Notes: generated by a model from the sequence alone, not told the origin. Positions 18,383 to 28,751 are shown, numbered from the stretch's first letter. The stretch is DNA of 52,997 bases from Vampirovibrio sp. (GCA_021323475.1 JAJQJM010000003.1:1-52997); one strand, 5' to 3'. Translations and numbers: made by a program.

Positions 18383-19279
18383 TTAGCTATTGACAATGCG
18401 TCCGCCATTGGGATGCAGAATTTGCCCGGAAATATAGGATGAATCTTTCGCGGCCAGAAACACATAACACGGCGCCACTTCGGAAGGCTGTCCCGCTCGG
18501 CCCATGGGCGTGTCGGCGCCAAATTCCTGCACGTCCTTTTCAGAAAACGTGGCGGGTATCAATGGCGTCCAGATAGGCCCCGGCGCGACGCCGTTGACCC
18601 GGATTCCCCGAGAGGCCAACTGCTGGGACAGGGAACGGGTGAACGTAACAATGGCTCCCTTGGTGGTGGAATAATCCAGCAAATGCCCGGACCCTTTATA
18701 GGCGGTTACGGATGCCGTATTAATAATGCTGCATCCCTCTTTCAGGTGTTTTAACGCGGCCTGGCTGAGGTAGAAGAAGGAAAAGATATTGGTGCGGAAT
18801 GTTTTTTCCATTTGCCCCATATCCAGATCTTCCAGATTCTCCTCTTCCCAGTGTTCTGCGGCGTTATTGACCAGGATGTCCAGTTTTCCGTAGGTTTCAA
18901 TGGTTTTATCCACAACCTCGCGGCAAAATTTTTCGTTGCCGATATCACCGGCAATCAGCAGGCATCGCTGCCCTTTCTCTTCCACCAGGCGCTTGGTTTC
19001 CTGGGCGTCTTCATGCTCATTGAGGTAAACCACCACCACGTCGGCGCCTTCTTTGGCGTAAATAATGGCAACAGCCCGACCGATACCGCTATCGCCGCCG
19101 GTGATAATCGCCACTTTCCCTTTTAATTTGCCGGCGGCTAAATAATCCGGATCATCTTCCAGCGGTTGCGGGGTCATTGGCTTCTGGCGGCCCGGCTTTA
19201 CGGCCTGATGCTGTGGAGGGCGTTGCTGCAACGTCTGCTCGGTTTTACTTTGCGTGGCTGCAGTCTCTGCCATCGTCAT
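18383..19279 (-). CDS. SDR family oxidoreductase (general stress protein YhdF/YhxC type)
   Basis: TGGDSGIG, NNA, YSTTK catalytic motif, VNGVAPGPIWTPL, GRAGQPSEVAP. Confidence 0.92.
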   Translation of the reverse strand: MTMAETAATQSKTEQTLQQRPPQHQAVKPGRQKPMTPQPLEDDPDYLAAGKLKGKVAIITGGDSGIGRAVAIIYAKEGADVVVVYLNEHEDAQETKRLVEEKGQRCLLIAGDIGNEKFCREVVDKTIETYGKLDILVNNAAEHWEEENLEDLDMGQMEKTFRTNIFSFFYLSQAALKHLKEGCSIINTASVTAYKGSGHLLDYSTTKGAIVTFTRSLSQQLASRGIRVNGVAPGPIWTPLIPATFSEKDVQEFGADTPMGRAGQPSEVAPCYVFLAAKDSSYISGQILHPNGGRIVNS

Positions 19280-19626
19280 CTTTCCCCCAACAAAACAAAA
19301 TTCGATTGTATTTATATTGAAGTTTTTTTTCGCCTGACTTTCAACTAGCCGACTGTCTACAAAAATGGATGAGATTTAAAATGCCGGGCCGGGTGATTGA
19401 TTTCATCCACATTTCCCCGCATGGGCTAGCAGGTTGGGGATAGATCGTTCAAACCAAATTCAAGGGGCTGAATAAACGATATTTTCCCATCAACCGGAGC
19501 CGGAATTCACTCAAGCCGGTACTGAGCAGGGCTTTTCCTTTTTGAAATCGCCCCTTTTTACTGACTCTTGAAACGAGCATTTTAAGTAGCCATTCGCCGT
19601 TTTGGACGTGTTCGGTCATTTCGGGT

Positions 19627-20796
19627 TTATCGTAATACGTGGGCCAATAAGGGCATTAATGGCGGCAATAGTGGCCAGGCAAGGTTTTGAAGTTGTGTGG
19701 ACTCCAATAGCGGACGAAAGCGGTTCATGAAATGCAGGCGGGCCTGAAATCGACGCCGATACGCTTGTTGATACTGGGCTTGAATGATTCGATAATCCTG
19801 TTTGTTTTGCAGCCCGGTATGAATAATTTCCGCAGCCAGCATGCCGGTTTCCAGGGCATGCGCCATGCCGGAGCCGGTAAATGGATCGACGGTGACTAGG
19901 GCATCGCCGACGCGAATTAAAGCCGCATCATCAGGATGTTTACGTTTTTGCAGTTGATTTGCCAAGGGCAGGTTGATGTTGGCGGTGGTGCTAAAGTCGC
20001 CGTCCCGAGAGGTGTTGGTTAAATAGTGGCTGGCTGCGGGATTCTGGCCAATCGTGGCGGTAATGAAATCCCGAAACGGATCGTGCATGCTTTTGGCAAG
20101 GCTGGCATCCAGCATCATGCACAGGTTGGCTGTTTGGGAAGAAATGGGTTGAATGCCGCCATAGCCACCCGGAAACAGAAACATGGCCAAATCCTTTTGA
20201 GGTAATTTTTCATTGAAACGGACATGGCATTGAATGCCCACCCGGTGGTTGCCTTGGGCCTTGGGCGGCGGATGCGCCTGTAAAAACAGATTTCCATTGC
20301 GACCCGTAGCGTCAACCAGAATCTCCGCCTCAGCCTGTTCTTTGGGGCGGGTTAAATCGGCTTCTTCCCGCAGAACTTCCACTACAAATTTTGCATTCCG
20401 TAACCGGATAGCTGCCGTAATTCTGCATTGTTCGTGGCATTGCAAACCTAAGTCTTGTGCATGCCGAATCAGCAAATTGTCCAGCGTTTCCCTGGGTATG
20501 GCCAAGGCATAAGGCCATTGGCGATGAATCCAACGATGATGGATGGTGAGCGCCTGTCCTTTTTGGTTGTAGAACAAGGTTTTTTCAACCGGTCCATACG
20601 CATGGGCTTTCACCGATTCAAAAACACCCAGGATTTGCAGCAACGGGAATGCATCCGGCCCCAGGAATTCCCCGCATAATTTTTTTCGCGGAAAGCGGCT
20701 TTTATCGAAAATAACCGGGTCGTAGCCAAGCTGCTTCAGCCGAATCGCGCAAGCCATGCCGGCCAGACTGCCACCGCAAATAATGATGTTTGGCAT
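19627..20796 (-). CDS. FAD/NAD(P)-dependent oxidoreductase (geranylgeranyl reductase/halogenase-like superfamily)
   Basis: GGSLAG, FPRKKLCGEFL, VDATGR, VGDA..VDPFTGSGM; ATG at 20796 preferred over 20823. Confidence 0.85.
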   Translation of the reverse strand: MPNIIICGGSLAGMACAIRLKQLGYDPVIFDKSRFPRKKLCGEFLGPDAFPLLQILGVFESVKAHAYGPVEKTLFYNQKGQALTIHHRWIHRQWPYALAIPRETLDNLLIRHAQDLGLQCHEQCRITAAIRLRNAKFVVEVLREEADLTRPKEQAEAEILVDATGRNGNLFLQAHPPPKAQGNHRVGIQCHVRFNEKLPQKDLAMFLFPGGYGGIQPISSQTANLCMMLDASLAKSMHDPFRDFITATIGQNPAASHYLTNTSRDGDFSTTANINLPLANQLQKRKHPDDAALIRVGDALVTVDPFTGSGMAHALETGMLAAEIIHTGLQNKQDYRIIQAQYQQAYRRRFQARLHFMNRFRPLLESTQLQNLAWPLLPPLMPLLAHVLR

Positions 20797-20838
20797 CTCT
20801 TGTCCTTTTGAACAGAGTCCCATTACCGAGACGCAATT

Positions 20839-21591
20839 TTATGGTTGCCGTATCGAAGCGTTTTCCCTGCGCCAGCATAGCACCCAGCGGTAAGGACGAT
20901 GATGTTGAATCTCCAGTGTGGTGAGCCCGCTTTGCTGTTTTAACCGTTCCAAATCAGAGCGGTCAAATCCGCGTAAAACGGAGAGCGGCGCATCGTTTTT
21001 AAATATTCGCCCTTTGCGGGTTAAATGGCCCAGGGTCTTGATTCCCAGCCAGGCCAGCGGATGACGTTCCAAATCGTTCACAATCAATCCGATTCGGCTG
21101 ATCCGGGCCATTTCCCGTAACAATTGAACCGCTTGCGCATTATCCAGATGATGCAGGAACATGGAGCTGATCACGATATCAAAACTGTTTTCCGTATAAC
21201 TCAAATTCAGCGCGTCGGCCTGCACCACGGTAATTTCCGGGTATCCTTGGCATAATTGCCGAGAGACGGAGACGGCCACCGGATGAATGTCGCAAGCGGT
21301 AATGTGAAGTGGAGGTAAATTGAGATGGTTGGCGGCGCGGGCCCAGTTTGCCAACGCTCGCGGAATATCGGCGGAGCCGGTCCCGATGTCCAGCACTGAC
21401 AACGCTGCCGGTAAATCGGAGGGCAGCATGGATTGAAATGCGCTTAGCAAAACCTCAGTACCGCCCAGATTGCGGTTGACCCATTGGATATCCCGCAACG
21501 CTTCCGTAAATTCACCGGTGGACGTGGAGGGTAAATCCATCCATTCATCTTCATGCTTGCGTGATTTAAACAGGGTGAACAGGCCGCTCAT
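20839..21591 (-). CDS. Class I SAM-dependent methyltransferase
   Basis: EWMD, VNRNLGG, VLDIGTGSADIP, FLHHL, VNDLER, DAPLSVLRGF. Confidence 0.88.
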   Translation of the reverse strand: MSGLFTLFKSRKHEDEWMDLPSTSTGEFTEALRDIQWVNRNLGGTEVLLSAFQSMLPSDLPAALSVLDIGTGSADIPRALANWARAANHLNLPPLHITACDIHPVAVSVSRQLCQGYPEITVVQADALNLSYTENSFDIVISSMFLHHLDNAQAVQLLREMARISRIGLIVNDLERHPLAWLGIKTLGHLTRKGRIFKNDAPLSVLRGFDRSDLERLKQQSGLTTLEIQHHRPYRWVLCWRRENASIRQP

Positions 21592-21648
21592 CAGGGTTAA
21601 TTCCTCAGTTACAACACGTTTTGCTTAACACCTTGTTGAAGAAGCTCG

Positions 21649-22917
21649 TCAGCCGCTCCATTTTTTCAACACCAATGCGCTGTTTTTGGAGCCAAAGCCG
21701 ATGCAATTGCAGACGGCCCATTCCACCGAGTGTCGTCGGCCGATGTCCGGCACATAATCCAGATCGCAATCGGGATCAGGATCGGTTAAGTTAAGCGTGG
21801 GCGGCAACAGACCGGTTTCCATGGCGCAAATGGCGGCCGCGACTCCCGCCGCGCCGCTGGCCCCCTGGGGGTGGCCAATCATGGATTTGGTGCTGCTGGA
21901 TGGAATATGATAGGACTGCTTGCCGAACGCCAATTTCAGGGCGCGGGTTTCCGTCCGATCGTTCAATTGAGTGGAGGTGCCATGCAGATTGATGTAATCA
22001 ATCGTTCCGGCGTCCGTTTGGGGATTTAATCCTGCGTCCTGCATGGCCAGTTGAATGGCTCGTGCCGGCTCCTCGCCGGACTCATCCAGCCGCACCCGAT
22101 GGTAGGCGTCACATGTCGCACCGTAGCCGGCCACTTCCGCATAAATGCGGGCGCCTCGTTCCAGCGCGCAGTCCAATCGCTCCAGCAGGAATAGCCAAGC
22201 GCCTTCCGCCAGCACAAAGCCGTCCCGGTTTCTGGAGAAAGGGCGGGAGGCTTTATCGGGCTGATCATTCCAGGCGCGGGAAATAATTTTCATCAGGCTG
22301 AAGCCGGTCATGGTACCGGGCGTAATCGGGGCGTCGATTCCCCCGCACAATACCCGATCCAATCTTCCCGCCTGCAAATGGTGGTAGGCGTACCCGATAG
22401 CGTCCGTGGAGCTGGTGCAGCCGGTGGAAATCACATGGCTCAATCCTTTTAAATCAAACCGCATGGACAGTTCGCTGGACAGGGTGCCCATGGTGTTGGA
22501 AGGAATGGCATAGACGCTGTTTTGATAGGGTGTTTCATCAAAAAACAGTTTGTATTGCCGCTCCGCAAATTCAACACCGCCCCCGCCGCTGCCCACCAGC
22601 ACCCCAAACCGGCGACGTTCCTCCGCCGTTAATTGTGCGGGGTCTATTCCGGCATCCCTAAGCGCCTCGGTGGCTGCGGCAATGCCCAGAGGGACGGTGC
22701 GCGGCACATGCGGGGCATCTTTTCGGGATATCCAGATCAGCGGGTCAAAGTCCTGTATTTCCCCCGCAATTTGGCAGGGCAGTGTTTCCACCGGAAACGA
22801 CGTAATGCGTCGGATGCCACTGATGCCCCGGTTGAGGGCGTTAAAATAATGCGGCTTATCCACCCCGTTGGGGCTGATGCACCCGATTCCGGTTATCACC
22901 GCCGTTTGTTTCGTCAT
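21649..22917 (-). CDS. Beta-ketoacyl synthase (FabF / type II PKS KS-alpha-like)
   Basis: VITGIG, catalytic STGCTSS, DGFVLAEG, YINLHGTST..ND, KSMIGH, GFGSKN. Confidence 0.9.
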   Translation of the reverse strand: MTKQTAVITGIGCISPNGVDKPHYFNALNRGISGIRRITSFPVETLPCQIAGEIQDFDPLIWISRKDAPHVPRTVPLGIAAATEALRDAGIDPAQLTAEERRRFGVLVGSGGGGVEFAERQYKLFFDETPYQNSVYAIPSNTMGTLSSELSMRFDLKGLSHVISTGCTSSTDAIGYAYHHLQAGRLDRVLCGGIDAPITPGTMTGFSLMKIISRAWNDQPDKASRPFSRNRDGFVLAEGAWLFLLERLDCALERGARIYAEVAGYGATCDAYHRVRLDESGEEPARAIQLAMQDAGLNPQTDAGTIDYINLHGTSTQLNDRTETRALKLAFGKQSYHIPSSSTKSMIGHPQGASGAAGVAAAICAMETGLLPPTLNLTDPDPDCDLDYVPDIGRRHSVEWAVCNCIGFGSKNSALVLKKWSG

Positions 22918-23014
22918 GCTGTTTCACTTGCCTCAAACACACTATCCTCCGGCCACCATTGGCGGCAGGAAGGATAGGCAACCTCGTATTCCGAACCCTG
23001 TCTTGGGGCAGGGC

Positions 23015-23503
23015 TTAGTAAATGGTCATACCCGACGAAGGAAGAGACTCGTGAGTCATCTGGTTCTTCATTTTACTGGCCACATACAGTTGATCTTCCT
23101 CGCTAAGGTAGGCGTTTGCCCAAGGGAATATCGCCTGCTGGTCCGTTTTGCGGGCTACGTCCAGCAGATCGATCAACCGGCGCATGTCATTGTAAAACTC
23201 GCCGCTGGGTTCATCCACGTGCATCATGATGGCGTGTTCGGTCAGCTTCTCAATTTCCTGGTGGACGTTTCGAGCCCGCTCCAGCAAATCGTCGCATTCG
23301 CCGTTTTTGCGGATGAACGGAAAAATCAGGTTTCCCTCGATTTGCAGATAACTGTTAACCTGGTCCAGAATGGTATTGGCTTTTTCCAGACGTTCGGCGT
23401 CTTCCATCATCTTGTAATTGTCGACCAGTTCCCTGGCAACCCGTTGCGCCAGGTTCAATTTGGCGGATATCACGTCCAGAATTTCCATAAATTCCCTCCC
23501 CAT
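23015..23503 (-). CDS. Hemerythrin/HHE-like helical protein (degenerate)
   Basis: IE..IFP, VHQEI and second IFPWA...LS.E pattern; several His ligands absent. Confidence 0.55.
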   Translation of the reverse strand: MGREFMEILDVISAKLNLAQRVARELVDNYKMMEDAERLEKANTILDQVNSYLQIEGNLIFPFIRKNGECDDLLERARNVHQEIEKLTEHAIMMHVDEPSGEFYNDMRRLIDLLDVARKTDQQAIFPWANAYLSEEDQLYVASKMKNQMTHESLPSSGMTIY

Positions 23504-23866
23504 TGGCAGATATGGGTCATTTTAGCCCTGTCCGACCCGCTCTGCCATCGCCCGGGCGGCTATTTTGTAAATCCTCCGTAGCGGACCGCGCGATTACCCT
23601 CTTGTATACGAAATGCCTTTCCATTTTAATGATGGCGTATCGCAGAGAAGGGTTTGAACTTCCAGCAGTGGAAAGTATGTTCAATCAGCATAGCCCCCTG
23701 ATGCTCCGGAACCAGGAGCGGGAAGGTGGCTTTTTAGTATGTTTGGCCTGCCTTGCCCTGTCCCTTACAAGGATTCATGGAAATCCGCGCGGGAGGCAAT
23801 TCACTGTATGTTGAGGTTTTATTCACTCAGCGATGTGAGGATCACTGCCGAGGGTTTGAAAGGATC

Positions 23867-25591
23867 ATGACCGTAGCCACACTGCCCATGCCTGCCTTAA
23901 TGACGGGGATAACGGGCGTTCGTCCAAACCTGCCCGGGCTCAAGCAGCCTGCGGATTTACTGCCTCAACTGTCGGAGATGAACGGCAGGATCAGTGATCA
24001 ATTTATTCGACAAGCGGCTACCCTGGCAGCAGCGGCCATCCCGGCCATGAAACCCCCATTGGAGGGATCACCCGTATATTTGCCCCCCATCCCCCCCGCT
24101 TCAAAGCTTCCGGGTTATGCTTCCCTCCGTATCGTTTCCAATAACGACCCGCATGAAAAGTTCAAGGCGCTACCCCATTTGGTTAGCGCCTTTTCTATAC
24201 TGTCTCAACAGGGGCGCCAGGGTGGCTGGGATGTGCTCCGTTTGAATTCCGGCGACAACAATGTGGGCAAGGAGCCGCATGAATGGGCCTTGAACATTCG
24301 CCTGATGAATATGATTGGTTACCATGCGGTGACGGCGGGAAACCATGAGTTTGATGTGGGTAGCGAGCACTATGCCAAGGCGCTGGAGTATGCGACGTTT
24401 CCCACCTTAGTATCCAATCTGAGGATTCCGCCCGGCAGCGCGATGGATCAGATGGTGCGGAACGGTAAAATCCGGATCGGCCCGCAGATTGTTCAGGATA
24501 ATCATGGCGTTTATGGCCTCATTGGGGTGACCACGCCGGAGCTGAAGCAGGTGGTCAACAGCAAGGCCAAAATGCAGGGCGAAACGGTTCAGAGTTTCCC
24601 GGAAACCGTAGCCAACGTGAAAGCCCAGGTGGAATGGCTGGAAAGCCAGGGCATCAATAAGGTCATCTTGCTCTCGCATATGGGCACCGATCTGGATCGG
24701 AAGCTGGCCCAGATGGTACCGGGCATTGATGTGATCATTGGCGGGCATTCGCATGATGTCATCGAAGGCATCACGCCCGGTTACAACTATTTGCAAACGC
24801 CGAGAGGGGAGCCGGTACTGGTTCTGCAGGCGGGTAAAAACGCCCAATACATCGGCGTGGCGGATTTGCTGTTTGATCCCCTGGGTCGGGTGATTCCGCA
24901 GCAAAACAGGCTGTTCGATACGGCGGCCTTTCCCATCAACCCACAGGCAACGGTCATGAAGAATTCCGTGCTGGGGACGCCGCAGAAAATCGCCGATATT
25001 ACCACGGCTTACGATTGTAACGATAACCAGTACCATGCCGACCCGGTGGCCCAGTTCACGGCGGACGCCATTCGCGCGCATACCGATGCGGATATTGCTT
25101 TTGTGCGCTCCTCGGAAATCCGCAGCAATATTGAACCTGGAGCATTAACAGACCAGGACATCGAGGCCCTGATGCCCTTTAAGGATCCGATTGTGAAGGT
25201 CAACTATTCCGGCGAGGAAATTCTGAAATCGCTCTCCAAATCGGCCGAAGGTGTGGCCAAGCGGGAAGCCCATCCGGGCATGCTGCATCCCTCCGGCATG
25301 GCGGTGTCCATGAATAAGCAGACCGGCCAGGTGCAGCAGGCGTATGTGCTCAACAAAAATACCCGTCAATGGGAAACGTTAAACCCCCAAAAAATATACA
25401 GCGTGGCGCTGGGTGAATTCTCCGTGAGCAACAAGGAATTCCCCGATTTCTCTCACCCGGAGCGTCTCCAGCAAAATACCGGCCTGCCGCCCATGCCGTT
25501 GCAAACGTATTTTGCGATGGGTCTGCAACGGGCCGGCGCGCCGTTTAAGCCCATTCAATTCCGGGATGACGGCCGCTTACAAATCATATAG
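23867..25591 (+). CDS. Bifunctional metallophosphatase / 5'-nucleotidase with Pro-rich N-terminal extension
   Basis: NDPH, SGD, GNHEFD, LSHMG, GGHSH and C-terminal IR...LMPF domain; ATG 23867 after AAGGA. Confidence 0.88.
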   Translation: MTVATLPMPALMTGITGVRPNLPGLKQPADLLPQLSEMNGRISDQFIRQAATLAAAAIPAMKPPLEGSPVYLPPIPPASKLPGYASLRIVSNNDPHEKFKALPHLVSAFSILSQQGRQGGWDVLRLNSGDNNVGKEPHEWALNIRLMNMIGYHAVTAGNHEFDVGSEHYAKALEYATFPTLVSNLRIPPGSAMDQMVRNGKIRIGPQIVQDNHGVYGLIGVTTPELKQVVNSKAKMQGETVQSFPETVANVKAQVEWLESQGINKVILLSHMGTDLDRKLAQMVPGIDVIIGGHSHDVIEGITPGYNYLQTPRGEPVLVLQAGKNAQYIGVADLLFDPLGRVIPQQNRLFDTAAFPINPQATVMKNSVLGTPQKIADITTAYDCNDNQYHADPVAQFTADAIRAHTDADIAFVRSSEIRSNIEPGALTDQDIEALMPFKDPIVKVNYSGEEILKSLSKSAEGVAKREAHPGMLHPSGMAVSMNKQTGQVQQAYVLNKNTRQWETLNPQKIYSVALGEFSVSNKEFPDFSHPERLQQNTGLPPMPLQTYFAMGLQRAGAPFKPIQFRDDGRLQII

Positions 25592-25634
25592 GGATGCCAA
25601 CCGTCTGATACGAGCCTAAACCTGTTGGAAGGCT

Positions 25635-26594
25635 TTAGTCGTCTTCCTGTTGGGGAATCGGTGGCTGATCGGAAGGCGGGGGCTCCTGCGCATTTGACGG
25701 CGTTGGAGCCGGTTTCCCCGATTCCGGCGTGGTCGTATTGCCGCTATCCTGGGATTTGCGCTTTTTAGGTACGGGCCGTTCGTCAATGACGGCACCCGCA
25801 CCGGCTGGTCTTGCTTCCAGCGGTTGCTTCTTGATCTCGGACGCATTCATGCCCTGTACCGGCGTGGGCGGCGCATTCGACGGCGCGGCCTGCGGCGTTG
25901 CCTCAGGTGTCGCATTTTCCTGGGGTTTGGAACCGCTTTGCTCTGCGGATTCAGATGCGGGAGGCGTTTGCGTTGCCTGTTCACCGCTTTCGGTGGGTTG
26001 GGCCTGTTCGGCCGTCTCTTCCCCTTCCGGTTTGGGTGCGGTTTCCGCTTCCAAATGCGGGCTGTTGGCAATACATTGCAGGAATTGCTTATCCTTGGCA
26101 ATCCAATATAAGCCGTTCAACCTGAAATTCAGCCCGTTGGGCACAAAAACAAGCTGCTCCTCAATGCTTCCCTGAATTCGAATCACTTTCCGGTTCAACA
26201 CATCCAGGAAGTTTTTGGAATTCTCGCCGCCCACGAATTTTCGCCGAAAGCCCAGTTCATTGGGATTAAACTCCTCAATACCCCCCAGGTGGGTTTCCAC
26301 GCAGTTGCTCATAATCAGGAAACGACGGCGGCTGACGTTCTTTTTGAAACCATCGCTGCCGTATTCATCATAAATCTGGCCGTATTGCTTGCGGCGTTCC
26401 ATTTCATGAATGTCATCGGCCGCCATTTGCAGCAAGGCCAATTCATCCAGCCGGTAAGCATATTGCGGGCTGTTGGGGTCCTTGGCGTTCACCGAAACCC
26501 GATCGCTGCGGCAAGCGCTAAGCCCGATGAGCGAGCAGGCCAATACCACCAATGCCGTATGTTGCGCGATACGATGGGAACGCGGGAAACTCAT
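25635..26594 (-). CDS. Hypothetical lipoprotein with P/E/Q-rich disordered C-terminus
   Basis: Signal peptide with lipobox LSAC. Confidence 0.75.
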   Translation of the reverse strand: MSFPRSHRIAQHTALVVLACSLIGLSACRSDRVSVNAKDPNSPQYAYRLDELALLQMAADDIHEMERRKQYGQIYDEYGSDGFKKNVSRRRFLIMSNCVETHLGGIEEFNPNELGFRRKFVGGENSKNFLDVLNRKVIRIQGSIEEQLVFVPNGLNFRLNGLYWIAKDKQFLQCIANSPHLEAETAPKPEGEETAEQAQPTESGEQATQTPPASESAEQSGSKPQENATPEATPQAAPSNAPPTPVQGMNASEIKKQPLEARPAGAGAVIDERPVPKKRKSQDSGNTTTPESGKPAPTPSNAQEPPPSDQPPIPQQEDD

Positions 26595-26712
26595 GATGAA
26601 TCCGAACGCCTCTATCCAAATTGAATGACCGGCAAACCAACCTGCCCTGCCACTATTCTAACCTGAGATTAGCGAACGGTGGCGGTCAGATGCTTCATTC
26701 TTCCGTTTCGAT

Positions 26713-27483
26713 CTAGTCGATCTTCTGGAACATGTAGCCGATACCGCGAGCGGTCAAAATCAGTTCCGGGTTGCTGATATCGGTTTCCAGCTTGGAACGC
26801 AGACGGCTGATATGCACATCCACCACACGGGTATCAATCCGGTGATCCGGCGGGTATGACCAGACATGCTGCAAAATTTCGCCACGGGAGAACGGCTTGC
26901 CGGAATTGTTCACCAGCAGCTCCAACAGGCTGAATTCCATACCGGTCAGGCGGACCCGCTCGTTCTTTTTGAAGACCTGGCGCTTATTCAGGTCCACTTT
27001 CAGGTTGCCGACCACTACCACGTTGTTGGTTTCCTTGCTGGTGGCCGTGCTTCCACCGCCGCCTTTAGCCGCCGTGCGGCGCATAATGCATTTTACGCGG
27101 GCTTCCAGTTCTTTCGGGCTGAAGGGTTTCACCACATAATCGTCGGCGCCCAGTTCCAAACCGGTAATCCGTTCCGCCACATCGCCCAACGCAGTCAGGA
27201 TGATGATGGGGGTGTCGGCCTGTTTGCGAATTTCCTTGGTAACGCCATATCCGTCCATTTTGGGCATCATAATGTCCAGCACCACGATATCCGGGCCGAA
27301 CTTGCCGAATACATCCAGAGCTTCCTCGCCGTCGGCGGCGGTTGCCGTGTCGAAGCCCAGCATTTTGAAACGGGTTTCCAGAATGCGGCGGATGCTGGCC
27401 TCATCATCGACGATCAGGATTTTTTCGCTGCGGTTGGACGCTTTCTGGCTGCTGGCGGATTCTTTTTCGGATGTAGCGCTCAA
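26713..27483 (-). CDS. rpaB: OmpR-family response regulator RpaB (Ycf27)
   Basis: KILIVDDEASIRRILETR, ERITGLELGADDY, RLTGMEFSLLELL, DTRVVDVHISRLR, NPELILTARG.GY.FQ are the RpaB/Ycf27 signature. Confidence 0.92.
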   Translation of the reverse strand: MSATSEKESASSQKASNRSEKILIVDDEASIRRILETRFKMLGFDTATAADGEEALDVFGKFGPDIVVLDIMMPKMDGYGVTKEIRKQADTPIIILTALGDVAERITGLELGADDYVVKPFSPKELEARVKCIMRRTAAKGGGGSTATSKETNNVVVVGNLKVDLNKRQVFKKNERVRLTGMEFSLLELLVNNSGKPFSRGEILQHVWSYPPDHRIDTRVVDVHISRLRSKLETDISNPELILTARGIGYMFQKID

Positions 27484-27770
27484 TGGGAAAAACCTCTTGC
27501 CATTCCTAATAATTCTACAAATCAGACTCTCAGATAGTGATTATTATAGCTCTCTCTTCAGATACCCACGATGCCGATGAAAATCTCTCTCTTCCTCAGC
27601 CCGCAAGCGATCATACTAAAGACGGAAGCCTCCGTAAAGTCATCATTGCACTATTTTCGGAAAGTGGCAAGGTGTAATCCTATGCCGGTTGTAGGACGAA
27701 GCCCGGCACTTGGCGTGGCGGATTTCCAAGGGCGCGATTCTGCATGTGCCCGGCCCATGAGTGGGTACCC

Positions 27771-27802
27771 AAAACAAAGGCCCGGATTTTATGCCGGGCC
27801 TT
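27771..27802 (-). terminator. Probable intrinsic terminator
   Basis: aaggcccgg / ccgggcctt stem with T-rich tail on the minus strand. Confidence 0.65.
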
Positions 27803-27832
27803 GTGAGCTTCTTGATGATAATCGGAAAACGG

Positions 27833-28234
27833 TTACGCCTGCTGGATGACGACTTGTCCAATCAGATAATCGTCCACCATGGTTTGCAGGGTTTCAGGAT
27901 TGGGTGGGGTGCCGAATTCCGTGGTGTAAGCCTGGTTCATCAGCCGGGTGACCCGCGCGTGACGTTCCGGTGAAACGGCTTGCGTAAAGGCGAACATCGA
28001 CTTCTCGATGCCGGGGTTTTCAATGTTGCTGGGAATGTTGAACCTGGCCTGGGCCGATAGCAGGTTCATCATCCGTTCCGGATCCATTTTCAGGCTGGCA
28101 TACGGATCGCCAGGGGGCGTGGCCTGGGGTTGATTGTCCGCATTGGCGTCGGGCTTGGAGCCTTTGCCCTGTCGGTTGGCGTTGAAGTTGGCCCCCAGGT
28201 TTTTATCAGGATTAAATCCCGTGAAATCTGTCAT
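27833..28234 (-). CDS. Hypothetical protein, low-complexity N-terminus
   Basis: ATG after GAGG RBS, flanked by a sigma28-like promoter and a terminator. Confidence 0.75.
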   Translation of the reverse strand: MTDFTGFNPDKNLGANFNANRQGKGSKPDANADNQPQATPPGDPYASLKMDPERMMNLLSAQARFNIPSNIENPGIEKSMFAFTQAVSPERHARVTRLMNQAYTTEFGTPPNPETLQTMVDDYLIGQVVIQQA

Positions 28235-28273
28235 TGATGACCTCTCCCTCGTGGTTGGTAGCTCACTTTGAGG

Positions 28274-28300
28274 TGTTCGTCAAATTCACGCAAAGCTTTA
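28274..28300 (-). promoter_or_regulatory. Sigma28 (FliA)-like promoter
   Basis: TAAA-N15-GACGAACA versus consensus TAAA-N15-GCCGATAA. Confidence 0.5.
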
Positions 28301-28751
28301 GTCAGGTCCCGTCAAAATTTACAATGGTGTAACACTGGTTAATGCACTATGCCGAGTTGCTTCAGTATCCCTAAAAACACTTGTATTTATATTGTACTAA
28401 ATTATATATTTTTGACTGCGAAAAATTTTCCCACCGATGGCAGTTGGCGTTGGGGCCATAAATGACAAATCCAATTGAATTTGAAGTTGGTAGTCTAACG
28501 CCCACTTTCTTGCCTGGCACTTGAGTTGTGCCGATGCTTCGAATTATACCGGCTCCACATATCAAACTCAATGAAATGCGGGCCGCCGCGCATGAATATA
28601 CACCACCTGCAGGAGAGCGGGTCGATACAGGCTGGGCAGCGCGCTTCAGAATGAATCGTAAATATATACCTAATATTGGAAACAGATACGCAATCTTGAT
28701 TTACATATTGTTTTTATTTATTTAGCGCATTATATTTAGGGGTTTCCAGCT

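Noticed and set aside
28371-28725. Two short overlapping ORFs in an AT-rich intergenic region
   Set aside because: No good RBS or recognisable motifs; probably regulatory DNA
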